Assembly (NCBI GenBank): GCA_965178125.1
Contig: OZ237746.1
Location: 124,001-188,000, forward strand
Source of the DNA: Bilabrum cf. latius
Lineage: Eukaryota
Length of the DNA: 64,000 nucleotides
Direction: 5' to 3'
Shown here piece by piece: positions 1 to 11,843 of the stretch (position 1 is its first letter; each line of letters begins with the position of its first letter). The notes beneath the pieces were generated by a model. That model searched no databases and was not told the origin of the DNA. It saw only the letters and a program-made list of their open reading frames with translations. The position numbers were made by a program, and so were the translations under genes.

Positions 1-1572
1 GGTAATCTTTAGCCCAAGGAACTCAATCACCTATGTTGGAAAGGTAAGTTTGCTAGGCTATATCCTCATGCCAATCCCCCGCGCTACAAGCACGGCACAC
101 CACAACAACTACATAGTGCGGGCCTCCGTACGTGCTGACAGAAAGCCATCATCAATGTACCCAAAAGCCCAATGTGCGGTGCGCAGTCGCACCCCCGCTA
201 AACACTCTGCCAACACTACTGATGCGACAAAACAGCCCATTCTGCAACCAAACGACAAGACCACAAACTAAAACATGCTGCCACCCACTCCGCGAACTGC
301 CATCCATCGCTGCAGCCCCGGTGCCAGCGCTATACTATGATATGCCGCCTTGAAATCGAAGGCTGCCCCCCATTCGTGCCTGTCACGTCCCACGCGCTCT
401 GCTAAATGCCGAGCAAAATCACCATACCGGAAACGCAAGTCAAGAAATGCCTCGTTCGCGCCCGAGCGCTTCATATCCGTGACTAGGCGCTGCTTGCCAG
501 TCGTGTCCTCCCGCTGCACCAAGCGTGGTGTCTGACCCTCCCGCTGCTGTACCTCGATTGCGGTCCTCTTGGCAACGAACATAGGCGTCACCTAGACCGC
601 GGCGCCCTCCACCGGTCGAATCTTGCCTGCACTCGCTGCTGCTTCCACGAACGGGACTACATCCTCCTCGTCCGCCGGCAAGTCCTTCGGGTCAGCCCGT
701 ACCGGCTGCGCCCCCAACACCTTCAAGACTGCCTCCGCCCGAAGCCCATGTCGTGCCAGTCCAACAAACCCCCGGCCCGCTACACAATCGGGCTCCACTG
801 CGCCCCGCGCCCCGCAGCGTCGACAACGAGCCAAATGTGCCTGCCATGCTCCACGAGGTGACAGCGTACACGGCTAGCGTGCTGCCCATCGCTCCCCCTG
901 CTGCAGTTCGCCCCTACGCTCCCAGTGTGACAACGTTCCATACCAGACGTCCAAAGCAGATGATGGTGCCTAGCCCGGTGGGAATGACCGCAAGTCAATC
1001 TTGTCCCGCTTTGCCAGGCATCGTGCCCAAGCCTACCACATCCCGTCCGCACCCAATGCTGACGGCGCATCCCCAGTCATCCCCGCTCCCGCATCACCGT
1101 CATTGTCCACAGAATAGCCGGCTGCTTCCATCTGCACCTCGTGCCATCGTCTCGAGGGGCCTGCAGATGCAACCTAGTCCAACAATTCGTCCGCGTGTTC
1201 CATGATGTCCGTCACAATGCACCGCCCATCCAGTGTCCGCAGGCTCGGCTCACCACGCTGTAGGGTCGGAGTCTTCTGCTGAGCCAGGATTTTTTGCGCT
1301 GCTTCCGAAGATAGTGCACATGCCTACACTACTGCAGCCCTTCCCCTGGCTCGGGCCGCGTCACCCATTCCCCGCTAGTCGGCCACTTCGTCTTGGGGAG
1401 GTACGGGGCTCCGCCTACGTTTTGGGCCCCGATGTCGTCCCTTTTTGGCGCTCTGACTCCTGCTGCGACTCTTGTCCACCCGCACTCGCGCTACTGCTGC
1501 TGCTGCTGCTGCTGCTGGCCTTCGCTGACTACCGTTTTGCCGCTGCCCCCGCTCCTCCAGCTGCGGCCCCAT
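1..1572 (-). CDS. Retrotransposon pol ORF2, reverse transcriptase domain (partial, TAG=Gln)
   Basis: The frame has no TAA/TGA from 1626 down to 1; the first ATG is at 1572. In-frame TAGs occur at 1375, 1324, 1174, 1033, 970, 874, 592, 268, 109, 58 and 31. The catalytic YIDD is at 148-159. Confidence 0.88.
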
Positions 1573-3901
1573 GCTCCTTTGCCACCCGCTTCGCTCGCTC
1601 CAATGCTGACTTGTCTATCGCGGCTGTCACATCCTCCCACGCCATAGCGCTATGGTTGCCTGCCGGATTCAGTCCCAGTAATTCCCACGTGGGCCCCACC
1701 TGAGTCTGCGTCATCCGCAGCGGGGTCTCGTTCTCGCTCCGCAACTACCACAGTCGAAGCACCGCAGGAGTATCCATTCTCCCCACTGGTGCCACCCTAT
1801 GTATCAAAATCATGCGCAGAGCAGTTGCTAACACGAAATGCTGACCCGTATTGGCTGTGTCCCCGTTGCCTCCACCTGCCGTGCGGACTGCTGCCGCATG
1901 AAGGACCATCCCTAAGCCCAAGAACATTCTTCGCACTGCAATCTCCAACGCCTCGTGAAGCTTGCTCATTACTGCCCTGGCTTCCGCATGCTTATCCTGG
2001 TGCAGCAGTGTCGCAAGTGTGATAACCACCTTCAGCAACGACGTGCTCCCTGCCACGACCCACTCGAGCGCCCCACACACCGATCTGGTCAATATCGTGG
2101 GTAATCGAAAAATGTTGCCTTGTTCCAGTTCTGCCACTCCCGACAACACGTGCTACCCGCACTTACTCGCAAATTGCCTGATCCCGTCCGGCATGAGCAA
2201 ATCACCCGCCTCCTCCAGCACCGGTGCCACATGAAAGCTGCGGCCAGATCCTGACTCCCGGCGAAAACCAGCCGCACTCGCCATAGAAGCGAACATTATC
2301 TGCGCGGGGCGTTCAATCCGAAGTAACGAAATCTTTGCCTTGTCCGCACTCGTCAGCGCCACTGAGGCCAAGTCCTTAGCTCTCTCGCCTTCCTCCCCGA
2401 GTTCGGCCAAATACCGTGCACTGTCCCTAAATTGAAGCACCTCCTAAGACCGTACGGTGTCGTAGAACAAAGAGTCAACTCCCTTCGCCGTGGGAATGGA
2501 ATTATGCACTTCCTTGGCGCCGTCTCCATCGTCTGCTCCGACCTGGCCCTGGTATGGTGACTTCTTGCAGGCGCCGGCTGACGACTTAATCGCCTGGGTG
2601 GAGTGCTCGGGCCGGGCATTTAACTCAAGCGCAAGGGCACGGAGCAACTACAACGTACCATTGGGCTCACCCGATGCCATGGCCGCAACCGCCTGTTGAA
2701 TTCGCTTGTCGATCGCGTCACTCGCGGTCGCCTCTCCTGCTCCCGCGGATGCTCCCTCGACCTCTTGCTCGCGCCTTGCCGCCTTGGTGCGACGTTCCGA
2801 ATCCGCCACAATGGCCTCCCAGGGAGCTTGTGCTTCCCCCACCTCTTCCGCTCTCCCCCTTTTTCCCAGCGTTGCGCCCGAGATGGTGCCCATCGACGCC
2901 TGCGCCCCAAACACCGCGCTGGCACCGCGGCTTGCCGTTGGACCTCCCGCTGGTTTGCCACCCGCCCCAGCATCGGCCGCAGTCACTCCACCATGGCTGA
3001 ATCCGCCCCCAAAATCAAAGAGGCCCAGCTCGCTCGGCGGATGGCCTGAGGTAGCAGTCGCCCCTGCACCGGCCCCCCCGCTTGGGGCAGGCAGTTTCCA
3101 CCCAAACCCGCCACCGTCCATGATGCCCCGGCCCAGTGAGTGCGCTCCCATCGGCCCCCCGGCTACACGTTCAGGCCTTGACCCCGTGAATGGTGCTGTT
3201 GTTGATGCCCCGGATGGTACCGGGATCACCGGTGCTCCCCAGAGTGGGAGCACCCCATTGCTGCCCGTCGCATCTTGGTCTGAGTTTCCACCCGTCGCCG
3301 CGCTCGCCGACGAACTGCTGCATGTTGGCTTCGGCATCGCATGGATCAGCATGTTGGGCAACAGAGCATCGAACATTTCGTCGAGGAAGGGGATCGTCCA
3401 CGGTGCCACCCGGGCATAGCCGAACAGGGCCGCACGTGCTGCCCACGCTGCCTGCTGTGGCGTTACACCACTCTGTAGTGGTTGCTGCAGGCATTTCCAG
3501 AGCTCACCATGGTCCTCGGGCATCAGATCGTCCTTTGAGAACCCTGCTGCCACTTCCAGAGCGCCACGCAGGCCCGATTCCACGTCTGGCGTCGTGGTCG
3601 GTTTGAACACGCCCATAACGGCAGCCCCTGCGCCCAGGGAAGCGACCGGCGTGTGGCCGCGTACGCAGCTGCCCAACAGAGCCCGCTGCGCATCTGCCCC
3701 TTCTTTGTTTAGCATGTTCACAGCCTCGCGTACGACAGGCTCCGAGAAGCTCGACATGTGTTCAACAGCCATACCTTGAAACACATCGAAAACACCACCC
3801 ACAGCGTTCACCCTCCGCCTCACCGTTGGGGCCATACGAGTGGTCATTCGCGCCACGATCGCCCGGCTTTGCTTCCATTGCGCACTCTGCTGGCTGAGCA
3901 T
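1361..3901 (-). CDS. Retrotransposon ORF1, gag-like, ~846 aa (TAG=Gln)
   Basis: Track ORFs 2648..3901, 2444..2647, 2153..2440, 1745..2149 and 1529..1744 are one frame separated only by TAG, with a further TAG at 1415. The ORF ends at TGA 1361-1363. The gag call rests on its position upstream of RT. Confidence 0.7.
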
Positions 3902-5309
3902 TATTTCCTTTATCTTCTTCTGAATTCCCCTAAGTGAGAGCGCTGGTCTCGCTCAGCTCGTACTCGGAATTGATCCGATCAGTATACCACTATCGGCCCA
4001 AACATCACTGTACATGGATGCTCTGTATTCGTCAGTAGGGGTGCCATTGAATCAACCTTGGGCACACTGGCACCGGCAGCGTGTGCCAACGCTTGCGTTT
4101 TTGCACAAGCAACTGCATGCTCCCTGCGCCCTTGCTTGCCGTCCGAAGCCGACACACGACACTACTACTAGTAGATCAGTAAAAATCAGAGTGCTCCATC
4201 TCGCTCTCTTGTTGCATACGGCTGTAACGCCGCGTCCGACTTATCTTTGACTGCCGATCCTTCCGATGAAGGCATCTGGATGGGGGAATTGTATCCTCTC
4301 CGTTGGTGAGGCCAGCAACGTCTCTGAGATTGAGGTTGCGCGGTGGGCGCAGGACCCGCTCGAGGTGCAGGCTCAGATGCGACATAGCGACTCAGAGGAG
4401 AGACAAAAAAAAAAACGTTTGGAGAAGAGAGAGAGGGCGCGGTCGATGAGGCCGGGTTAGTGATGAAGCGCAGAGGCGGCGGCTAGGGGTGGGGGGGACG
4501 AGGGCAGAGTAGAGTGGGTGGTGACGGTTCACTGAGCGGGTGAGGGAGTAGTGAAAGAGAAGATGATTGGTGGGGTTATCGGGTTGATACGGCGGATTGG
4601 AAGGGGGAGGTACAGGCCGCGCAGGTGGAGGTACGGGCGTGTGTGTGACGAGTGACTCGAATCAGGGGGATCGGATCACCCGACCACATGCGGATGAGGA
4701 AGTTGGGAGGTCACAATTAGACTTGAGCGGCAATCAAGCCGCATGCTATTCGGGCGCTGAGGGGCAGCGCTGGCCAGTTTACGTGTGATCTCATACCCCC
4801 ATCCTATCCCCGAACCCCTACGGGCCCCACCGCCACCTTCCACATTCCTGCCCTGTCTGTGCCTCCCGCCTCATCCATCCCATCCACCTTGTCAACCTTT
4901 CCTCCACTTTATTTACCCCGCCTTTCCATTACCTCAATCACTCCTCACGACTATACGACTTGCCCAAGCGCTGCGCCGAAGACAAGTACTGGCTAAGGCT
5001 GCTGATGTATGTCTTTGCTTATCCTGGCTAGCGCGGAGGCTGACCTCTCTGTTTCCCATGTGTAGGCTCGAGCCGGAATGACACCTCGCTGGTCGACCGT
5101 AATATCACGCCAGTATCAGCTGAACGTTCGCGAACGAACAGCTAACGCTGCGACCCGTTGTCCCCCCCACTGCCCGGACCTCAGCCTTAGAGGTGCAACG
5201 CCCCTCACCCACGTAGTTCAGTTCAGAACAGGAAATTCGCCGAGCCACCCCGACACCCTACTAGCAATACTAGCAGCCCTTTTGGAAGGCCCTGGTGCCC
5301 GGCGACTTG

Positions 5310-5494
5310 AGGCGGGAGTACTGGAGCGGGACATGTGGCTCGACCGGGCCACGCGCGCATTTGCCGTGGACATGTCTCTGTACAGCGCGCAGACTAGGCT
5401 GCTTACGGTTGTTCGGATCATGTTCGAGTCCTTCACCACAGGCCACGTAGTCAAGTACGCCAGGATGTTTCCAGTGCCCGTGGCTCGGCTCTGA
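5310..5494 (+). pseudogene. Polycystin/PKD2-family cation channel fragment
   Basis: WLDRATRAFAVDMSLYSAQTRLLTVVRIMFESFTTGHVV resembles the PKD2 extracellular-domain motif W(I/L)DRxTRAxFxDFxxYNxNxNLFxxVRxxxEFxxTG. It ends at TGA 5492, and no transmembrane exons are recognisable nearby. Confidence 0.65.
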
Positions 5495-6119
5495 AGGCAA
5501 TAGGGTGGTGGAGTGGACGTTGCCGGGGGCAGCAGAGCGGCTGGAAACAAGGGTGTGGACGGATCTACTTTCTGATCAGCTGGTTTCCTCGCAAGCGAAT
5601 TGGCATGATGATTGGGGAATAGGTCGTGGAGAACTCTGGGTAGAATCCAGGATATTGAAGCCTGGCTGCCGAATGCGACCACTGGCAACCATGATGATAG
5701 GTCGCACGTGCCAGTGATTCATTCACGTTACATTTAAGCTGGCAAAAATGCCTCGGCCAGCACTCAGCTTTTACATTGTATCTCTGTAAGTATTAAATGT
5801 ACACTTTAGGCCATCTAAAACTTGACTTCCAAGTTAAGCAAGCGAGCGGACAGGGTCAAACGTACTCGCGCTGACTTCACAGGCTTGTGCCGTGTATGTC
5901 GTGATAAGTACGACCGTCGTTGGTGTGTGCTGTATATACTGAACATATGCTACTGACGATGCGTCAGTGCGCGAGAGCTTTGTGCTGTGCTTAGGGCCCA
6001 GCATAGCGCCAACTCGTCCCTGCAATATTTTCCGCTATAGCCCCGTCTTTCACAAAGCTCGCCAACGGCAGCAGTATCTATGCAATTGTCCTCGCGATGG
6101 ATTTCATCATGTGTATTTG

Positions 6120-9100
6120 ATGGTAGTGGCGTTCTTTTCCCATCGCAGACTGCTTGGGATATGTGCGTCAGCGTTGCCCAAGATGACGACGTTTCCAGAC
6201 CAGGCTGTCCTGCCGCAACAAGCTTCATCAACAGCCGTGCACCATAGTAGCGGATTTCTTAGTAATGCCTATGCACAGTGCGCACCCGGCAGGGGCTGCC
6301 GTGCAGACCGTGTTGGGCGTGCTCTTGGCAGCCCGAAGCCAGCGAGGCCAGCACCATACCCTGGGGACACAACAAGTTGCACGAATGCGATATTTAGTCG
6401 CAGTGCTACAGACATGAATAAATGTCATCACGAACATCACTAGCGCCAAATGCGGTCTACACCCGGGTGGATAAACTCGCCATTGCTCTCGCTCGGCAGC
6501 CAGAAAATTTCCCAGTCCGTTGGCGGATTCACGGAACCCCTGAATGCGTTTGACGAATTTGGGTCGTCCACTGCATTCATTGGTGACCTGGACCGGGACG
6601 GCATCGAAGACCTGGCGGTTGGCGTCAGCCAGGATGACGACGGGGGCGACAGCTAGGGTTCTGTGTGGATGCTGCGACTGCGATAGGACGGCACCGTGAG
6701 GTCGAATCAGAAGATCTCAGCCACGGCCGGGGGCTTCACGGGCGACCTGAGCCCGCAGGACCAGTTCGGCAGCTCCCTTGCCGCGCTGGGGGACCTGGAC
6801 GACGATGGGGTGCCAGACCTGGCCGTGGGAGCGCCAGGCAACACGGACAAGCAGGGTGGCGCGGGAGAAGGGGCAGTGTGGGTGCTGTTCCTGCAAGCCG
6901 ATGGGACGGTGAAAGGGCACCAGAAGCTGTCGCAGGACCACTTCGGGCGCCGCGCGTTCCTCCGCGATCTTGACTACTTCGGGTCGTCCGTCGCGGTGCT
7001 GAGCCGCTCCCACGGCGAGGAGGAGGCAATCACGCTGGCTGTGGGCTTGCCGGGGGCCAACACCCTGGGAGGCATCTGGACGGTCGGACTGCACCGGAAC
7101 GGGACCGTGAGCACGCTCGGACAGCTAACAGACGCGTACGGGAGATCGCTGGCAGCAATGCCGAGGCCCAGCTGGCACGGTGGGTCTACCACTAGTACTG
7201 GGTATGCGGCTCTGGCGGCGGGGGATCCCGAGTCTGACTTCGGGGGTCCGGATCAAGGGGCTGTGTGGGTGTTGTTTCTGGATGACAGGGGTGCATTCGT
7301 GCGCAGGTAGAACATATCTGGCGTTGAAGGCGTGATGCGGGGTGCCCTGCAGGACGGTGATCACTTTGGTGCCGCGGTGGCGGCTTTGAACGGCACTGAT
7401 GGCGATGACCTGGGCTTGACTGGCCTGCTGGTGGGCGCACCGGGGGATAGTGACGGGGGTGACGCCACGGGAGCTGTGTACGTGCTGACGGTGTTCGATT
7501 CGGGAACCGTGCAGTCCTACACGAAGCTATCGGCGACTAGGGGAGGTCTGTAGGCTCCCCTGGACGTGGGAAGCGCTTTTGGGTCCTCGCTGTCAGTCGC
7601 TAGCAACTGGACGGTGGATAACACGACTATCGTAGCGGTTGGCGTTCCTTTTGGCCGCGGTTCTAGCGACGAGCAGGGAGCTGTGTGGATCCTTAGGCTC
7701 AACTCGACGGGGCAGGTGGGCAGGTCGCCAGCGCAAGTCGGAACGATTTCGTCCCCGTTTGTAAGCGCGGCGGGGTTTCAGGAGCTGCCGGAAGAGGGAA
7801 GCGAGCTGGATGGGGCGCTGCAGGGGTCGTTTAGGTTTGGTTTTGTCGCTGCACTGGGGGATTTGGACCAGGATGGGGTGGAAGACATCGCGGTGGGGGC
7901 GCCTGGCGAACCTGTTGGCGGGGACGGCGGCGTGGGTGCGGTTTACGTGCTGTTCCTGCACACCAACGGCACTGTCAAGGCTTTTACGAGGATATCCAGG
8001 GGTGCTGGTGGCTTCACGCCCGACCTGGAACGGCAAGCAAGTTTTGGAATGTCGGTTACTTGCCTAGGGGATGTCAATGGCGACTCGATTCCAGATCTCG
8101 CTGTTGGTGCCTTCAATCATCGGGACGGAGATGCTTACAACCCTGGGGCCATTTGGATCCTGCGCTTGCATCGGACCGGGGCGGTATTGGGGTATGAGGT
8201 CATTGCTAACTCGACAGTGTGGCATCTCGCGAACTGGAAGGACGAATATACCCTCCGGGTAGGCATTGCTTCGATCGGTGACGTAGACGAGGATGGCGTG
8301 CCCGACCTGATGGCTGTCAAGCGCCATCCTCTATTCGTTCGGTACGGTATCTTGATATTTTTATTGCATGCCAACGGGACCGCGAAAGGCGTGTAGATCC
8401 TCAGCGAGAGCATGGGAACCTCTGCTGCCAACATCGGGGACCTGAACGGGGATGGAAGTAGAGACATCGCCATTGGCGACACCCAAGATTCTGATGGTGG
8501 TAGGTCCAAGGGTGCAGTATGGATCTACTTTTTGACTGAGAATGCCACCGTTCTCCAAACACAGAAGATCTCTAGGTGGAATGGGGGATTTGCAGGGAAC
8601 TTGCAGAACGGTGATCAGCTGGGCTATTCTCTTAGTGCTTTGCCAGACCTAGATGGGGATGGTGTTCAAGACCTGGCTGCAGGGGCATTCGACGGCTTTG
8701 ATATCAGCAAGCCAACAGCGAAAGGGGCAATATGGTTCATCTTCTTGAAGACCGATGGGACTGTCAAGACGCAGCGCGAGCTGACGGAAGCACAGGGTGG
8801 CTTCTCAGGGAACTTCAAACCAGGTACAGTCGGTCCACTTGGAATGTCGCTGGCCTCACTCGGCGATCTCGACGGAGACGGCTACCCAGATCTGGCCTTG
8901 GGGATGCCACTTAAGATCTGGTCACAGACTCAAACGGGGATGGTATCGGTTATACGCATCAATTCTACTGCCATGCTGCAGGTACAGCCCACTGTCTTGC
9001 CCACACTCTCGCCGTCACCCTCGCCTAGAACTCCCACCCCAACACCGAGCACGACCCCATCGGACCGTCCCAGGCTGGGATACTTACACACGCTCGGATA

Positions 9101-11764
9101 CTAGAAGATATCATCCCAATACGGTGATCTCCGTGCGCAACTCAGCCCCATGGGCACCTTCGGGTGGTCGAGCGCATCAATCGGGGACCTGGACGGGGAT
9201 GGCGTACAGGACCTGGCCGTTGGGGCCCCCCATGACAATGATGGAGGCAGAGACGTTGGATGTGTGCGGATACTATTCCTAACTGTCAACGGGACCGTCA
9301 AAAGCTATCAGAAGATATCTAACAGCGAAGGGGGCTTGGAAGGCTTGCTGCAGCAGCAAGACCGTTTCGGATATGCATTGGCTTCCATTGGAGATCTTGA
9401 TGGCGATGGGCTCAATGAACTCGCAGTTGGGGCAGTTGGGAATAGATTTGATACTGTAGGCAAGTGGCTGGGCGCCATGTGGATTCTGTTCCTGTAGCCG
9501 TCGGGGGAAGTCAGGCGGTGGCAAAAGCTAACCAACGACACGATCGGTCACTCGGTCAGGTGGAACTCTCGCCATCATCTGGGGGAATTCCTCGCTGCGC
9601 CAGGCGACGTTGACAACGACGGTGTCCCTGACCTGCTCGTTGGTCTTTCCTCTGTCAATACCTACCCCGATGACGGAGCCGTGTGGCTGATGAAGCTGTT
9701 TCGCAATGGTACAGCCAAGGCCATCGAAGTCCTTCCGGTCAGTTCTGTGCAGTCGCTCGCCACCATCGGCGACTTGGATCAGGATGGGAATGTTGATTTC
9801 GCGATTAAAACACTCGTCAACAGAACGGCAAACGGCTTGACAGGTGGGGCCACGATATTCTTTACCTCGGTGAACGGATCCATTGCAAGCAGATCCGAGA
9901 TCCGCCGAGAAGGGGACGGCTTCGACCAGCTGACATTCGTGTTCGGAGACGCATTCGCACCGCTGGGTGACATCAACTACGACGGCGTGCTCGACCTGGC
10001 GGCTACCTACATGTCAAGCTCTGACGGAGGTCCGAGCCGCGGTGCTGTTGCGTTGTTCTTCTTGAACATGAACGGGACGCTTAAGGGATACCAGGTGATA
10101 TCTGACACACAGGGCAACTTCGCCGGGACACTCAAGGACAGGGACTACTTTGGGTCATCAGTGGCGCTGATCGGAGATCTAGATGGCAGCGGGCTGCGGA
10201 CAATCGTCGTGGGAGCCTACTCGGACAGCGAGGACCAGCTTGCCACAGGGGCTGTAGGGGCTGTATGGATTCTTCGAATCAACGCTTCTGGCGTGGTGGG
10301 ATACGGTCCTGGCCCTGTGTCACCAACACCGTCAGCCTCCATCCCAGCGTCACCGTCGCCCAGTGCAAGCCCTACTCCGAGCATCACCTCTAGTGCCACC
10401 CCCTCTACCAGTATATCATCCAGTCCAAGTGTGGTGAGACCATTGTGATATAGTTCGACGCCTGGATGATCCATGCAAGTTGCAGGCTCTGTCCCAACTG
10501 CACGATCGGTGCTTGCCACAGTGCCACAGCATGCATCCAGATCCCCCTGCTTTCTTATCTACTGCTCCCTTAACTCCTGGCGCAGACCCCGTCTACCCCA
10601 CCATTCCCCATTCTGGTTCGCCCCGATGAGCTGCTCCCAAACCCCCTGAACCAGGACCGATCCACATTATGCGACAGGCCGACAAGCTTTGACGGCGAGA
10701 CACTTCCACTGCTGGCCGTCAACCTCCGGCTGGACCTGGCATCGGTAAACACGACCAGGTTCGGGTGCACGGAGGCGGTGGCGCTGGCTGACCTGGCCAT
10801 GGAGCTCATGGGCGTGAACGCGAGCAGGGCCGTGTACTTGACCGTGGTGGCAGAGATGGAGCCACCGCAAGGAGCGAGGGTTGGTATCGACCTGATGATG
10901 GCCGTGAATCGATCCATCGATGGTGTAGAGATGTACTACAGTATCGTGGACTTAGTGCAGTCTGGACAACTAGCCGATGCTGCCATTTCTCGCCTTGCGT
11001 TGAACGAAATTGTGCCTGGGGCAGGCAGCGATGCAACGAGCGACAGGCTGGGAGAAGCTGTTGTGGATGTGCTCCGATCTCAGGTGGGAAGGGTTCCTCC
11101 AGGGAAGCGGACAGCTACAAGCGGCGGCGGTGGCTCTGGTGTGTCGGCTGTTGCGATTGCGCTCATCACTGCGGGGCTGGTGATGGTATTGGCGTTCACG
11201 GTGGTGGCGGTATGGTGTAGGGGCGGGCTTGCTGGTGGTGGCGGTATGGGAGCTCGTCGAAGCACCAGCACGATGCGGCGGAGCGGGTGGACAGTGGTAG
11301 AGAGCGGATCCAGCGGGGGCTCGCAATTGTCAAATTCGTCGGAATCGGCTCAGTTCTATGCCACTGGCTCGGATAGGTCACGTCTCAGCACCAGCTCAGG
11401 TCAGTCAAACGGATCTGGCGGCACTATTTCCAGCAATGCCTGGCTCCGAGCAGCCTCGCAACCCTAGGAGATGGAGCTGGCTGGCGTGCTGAAGCCGGGC
11501 GCAGCGCAAGACCTGCGGAGAGGTGCAGACTCGAAGAGCCAGGTGAGGCCCCCCTCCGGTCGGGCCAGCCGGGCGGCGAGGGCGAGGAGGATGCGGCCTG
11601 CTGGATCCAGGGAGGAGGACTTGGCGGTAAGGGTACAGCGGCTGCGGCACGAGGCCGTGCAGCTGGAGGGCACAGTCCGGAAGGGACGTGAATCTGCGAA
11701 AAGGGGGGGGGGTCGTGTAGCCGAGCATACGCGGAGGGGCAAACTGACTGCAGCGAACGTATGA
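6120..11764 (+). CDS. FG-GAP (integrin-alpha-like beta-propeller) repeat type I membrane protein (TAG=Gln; intron 10434-10585)
   Basis: About 18 GDLDxDGxxDLAVGA-type repeats lie in one frame, broken only by TAG at 6441, 6654, 6684, 7308, 7551, 8394, 9102 and 9495, with one more at 11465. It has Ser/Pro/Thr linkers and a phase-0 intron GTGAGA...CGCAG. The TM helix AVAIALITAGLVMVLAFTVVAVW is at ~11145-11215, and the stop is TGA 11762. The start is uncertain (ATG 6120, 6183, 6413 or 6450). Confidence 0.88.
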
Positions 11765-11843
11765 GAGTCCATGCTTTTTTATTTCGTTTCGTACTAGAAA
11801 AGCTTTCGGGTTAATTCAAAATTTAGGATGTTGGGTCATCAAA

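Larger units (their letters stand above)
1..3901 (-). mobile_element. Retrotransposon, probably tyrosine-recombinase class (DIRS/Ngaro-like); truncated at the left window edge, 5' boundary unresolved (may extend to ~5300)
   Basis: A gag-like ORF1 overlaps an RT-bearing ORF2 in a different frame. RT motifs are RLVTDMKRSGANE, FDFKAAYHSIAL, VLSFG, YIDD (148-159) and PT[TAG]VIEFLG. The class is inferred from motif style and ORF overlap; RNase H and recombinase are not in the window. Confidence 0.8.

Noticed and set aside
3953-4240. Cys-rich in-frame extension of retroelement ORF1 through TGA at 3953 and 4052, suggesting TGA recoding
   Set aside because: TGA is the usual terminator elsewhere in the window, and the extension has no ATG before the Cys-rich part and no recognisable domain. 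Chance or decay is more likely.
6654-9497. TAG as pyrrolysine, Trp (via A-to-I editing), Leu, Glu or Tyr
   Set aside because: The informative aligned columns contain Gln. Pyrrolysine is known from archaea and bacteria and no pyl genes are present.
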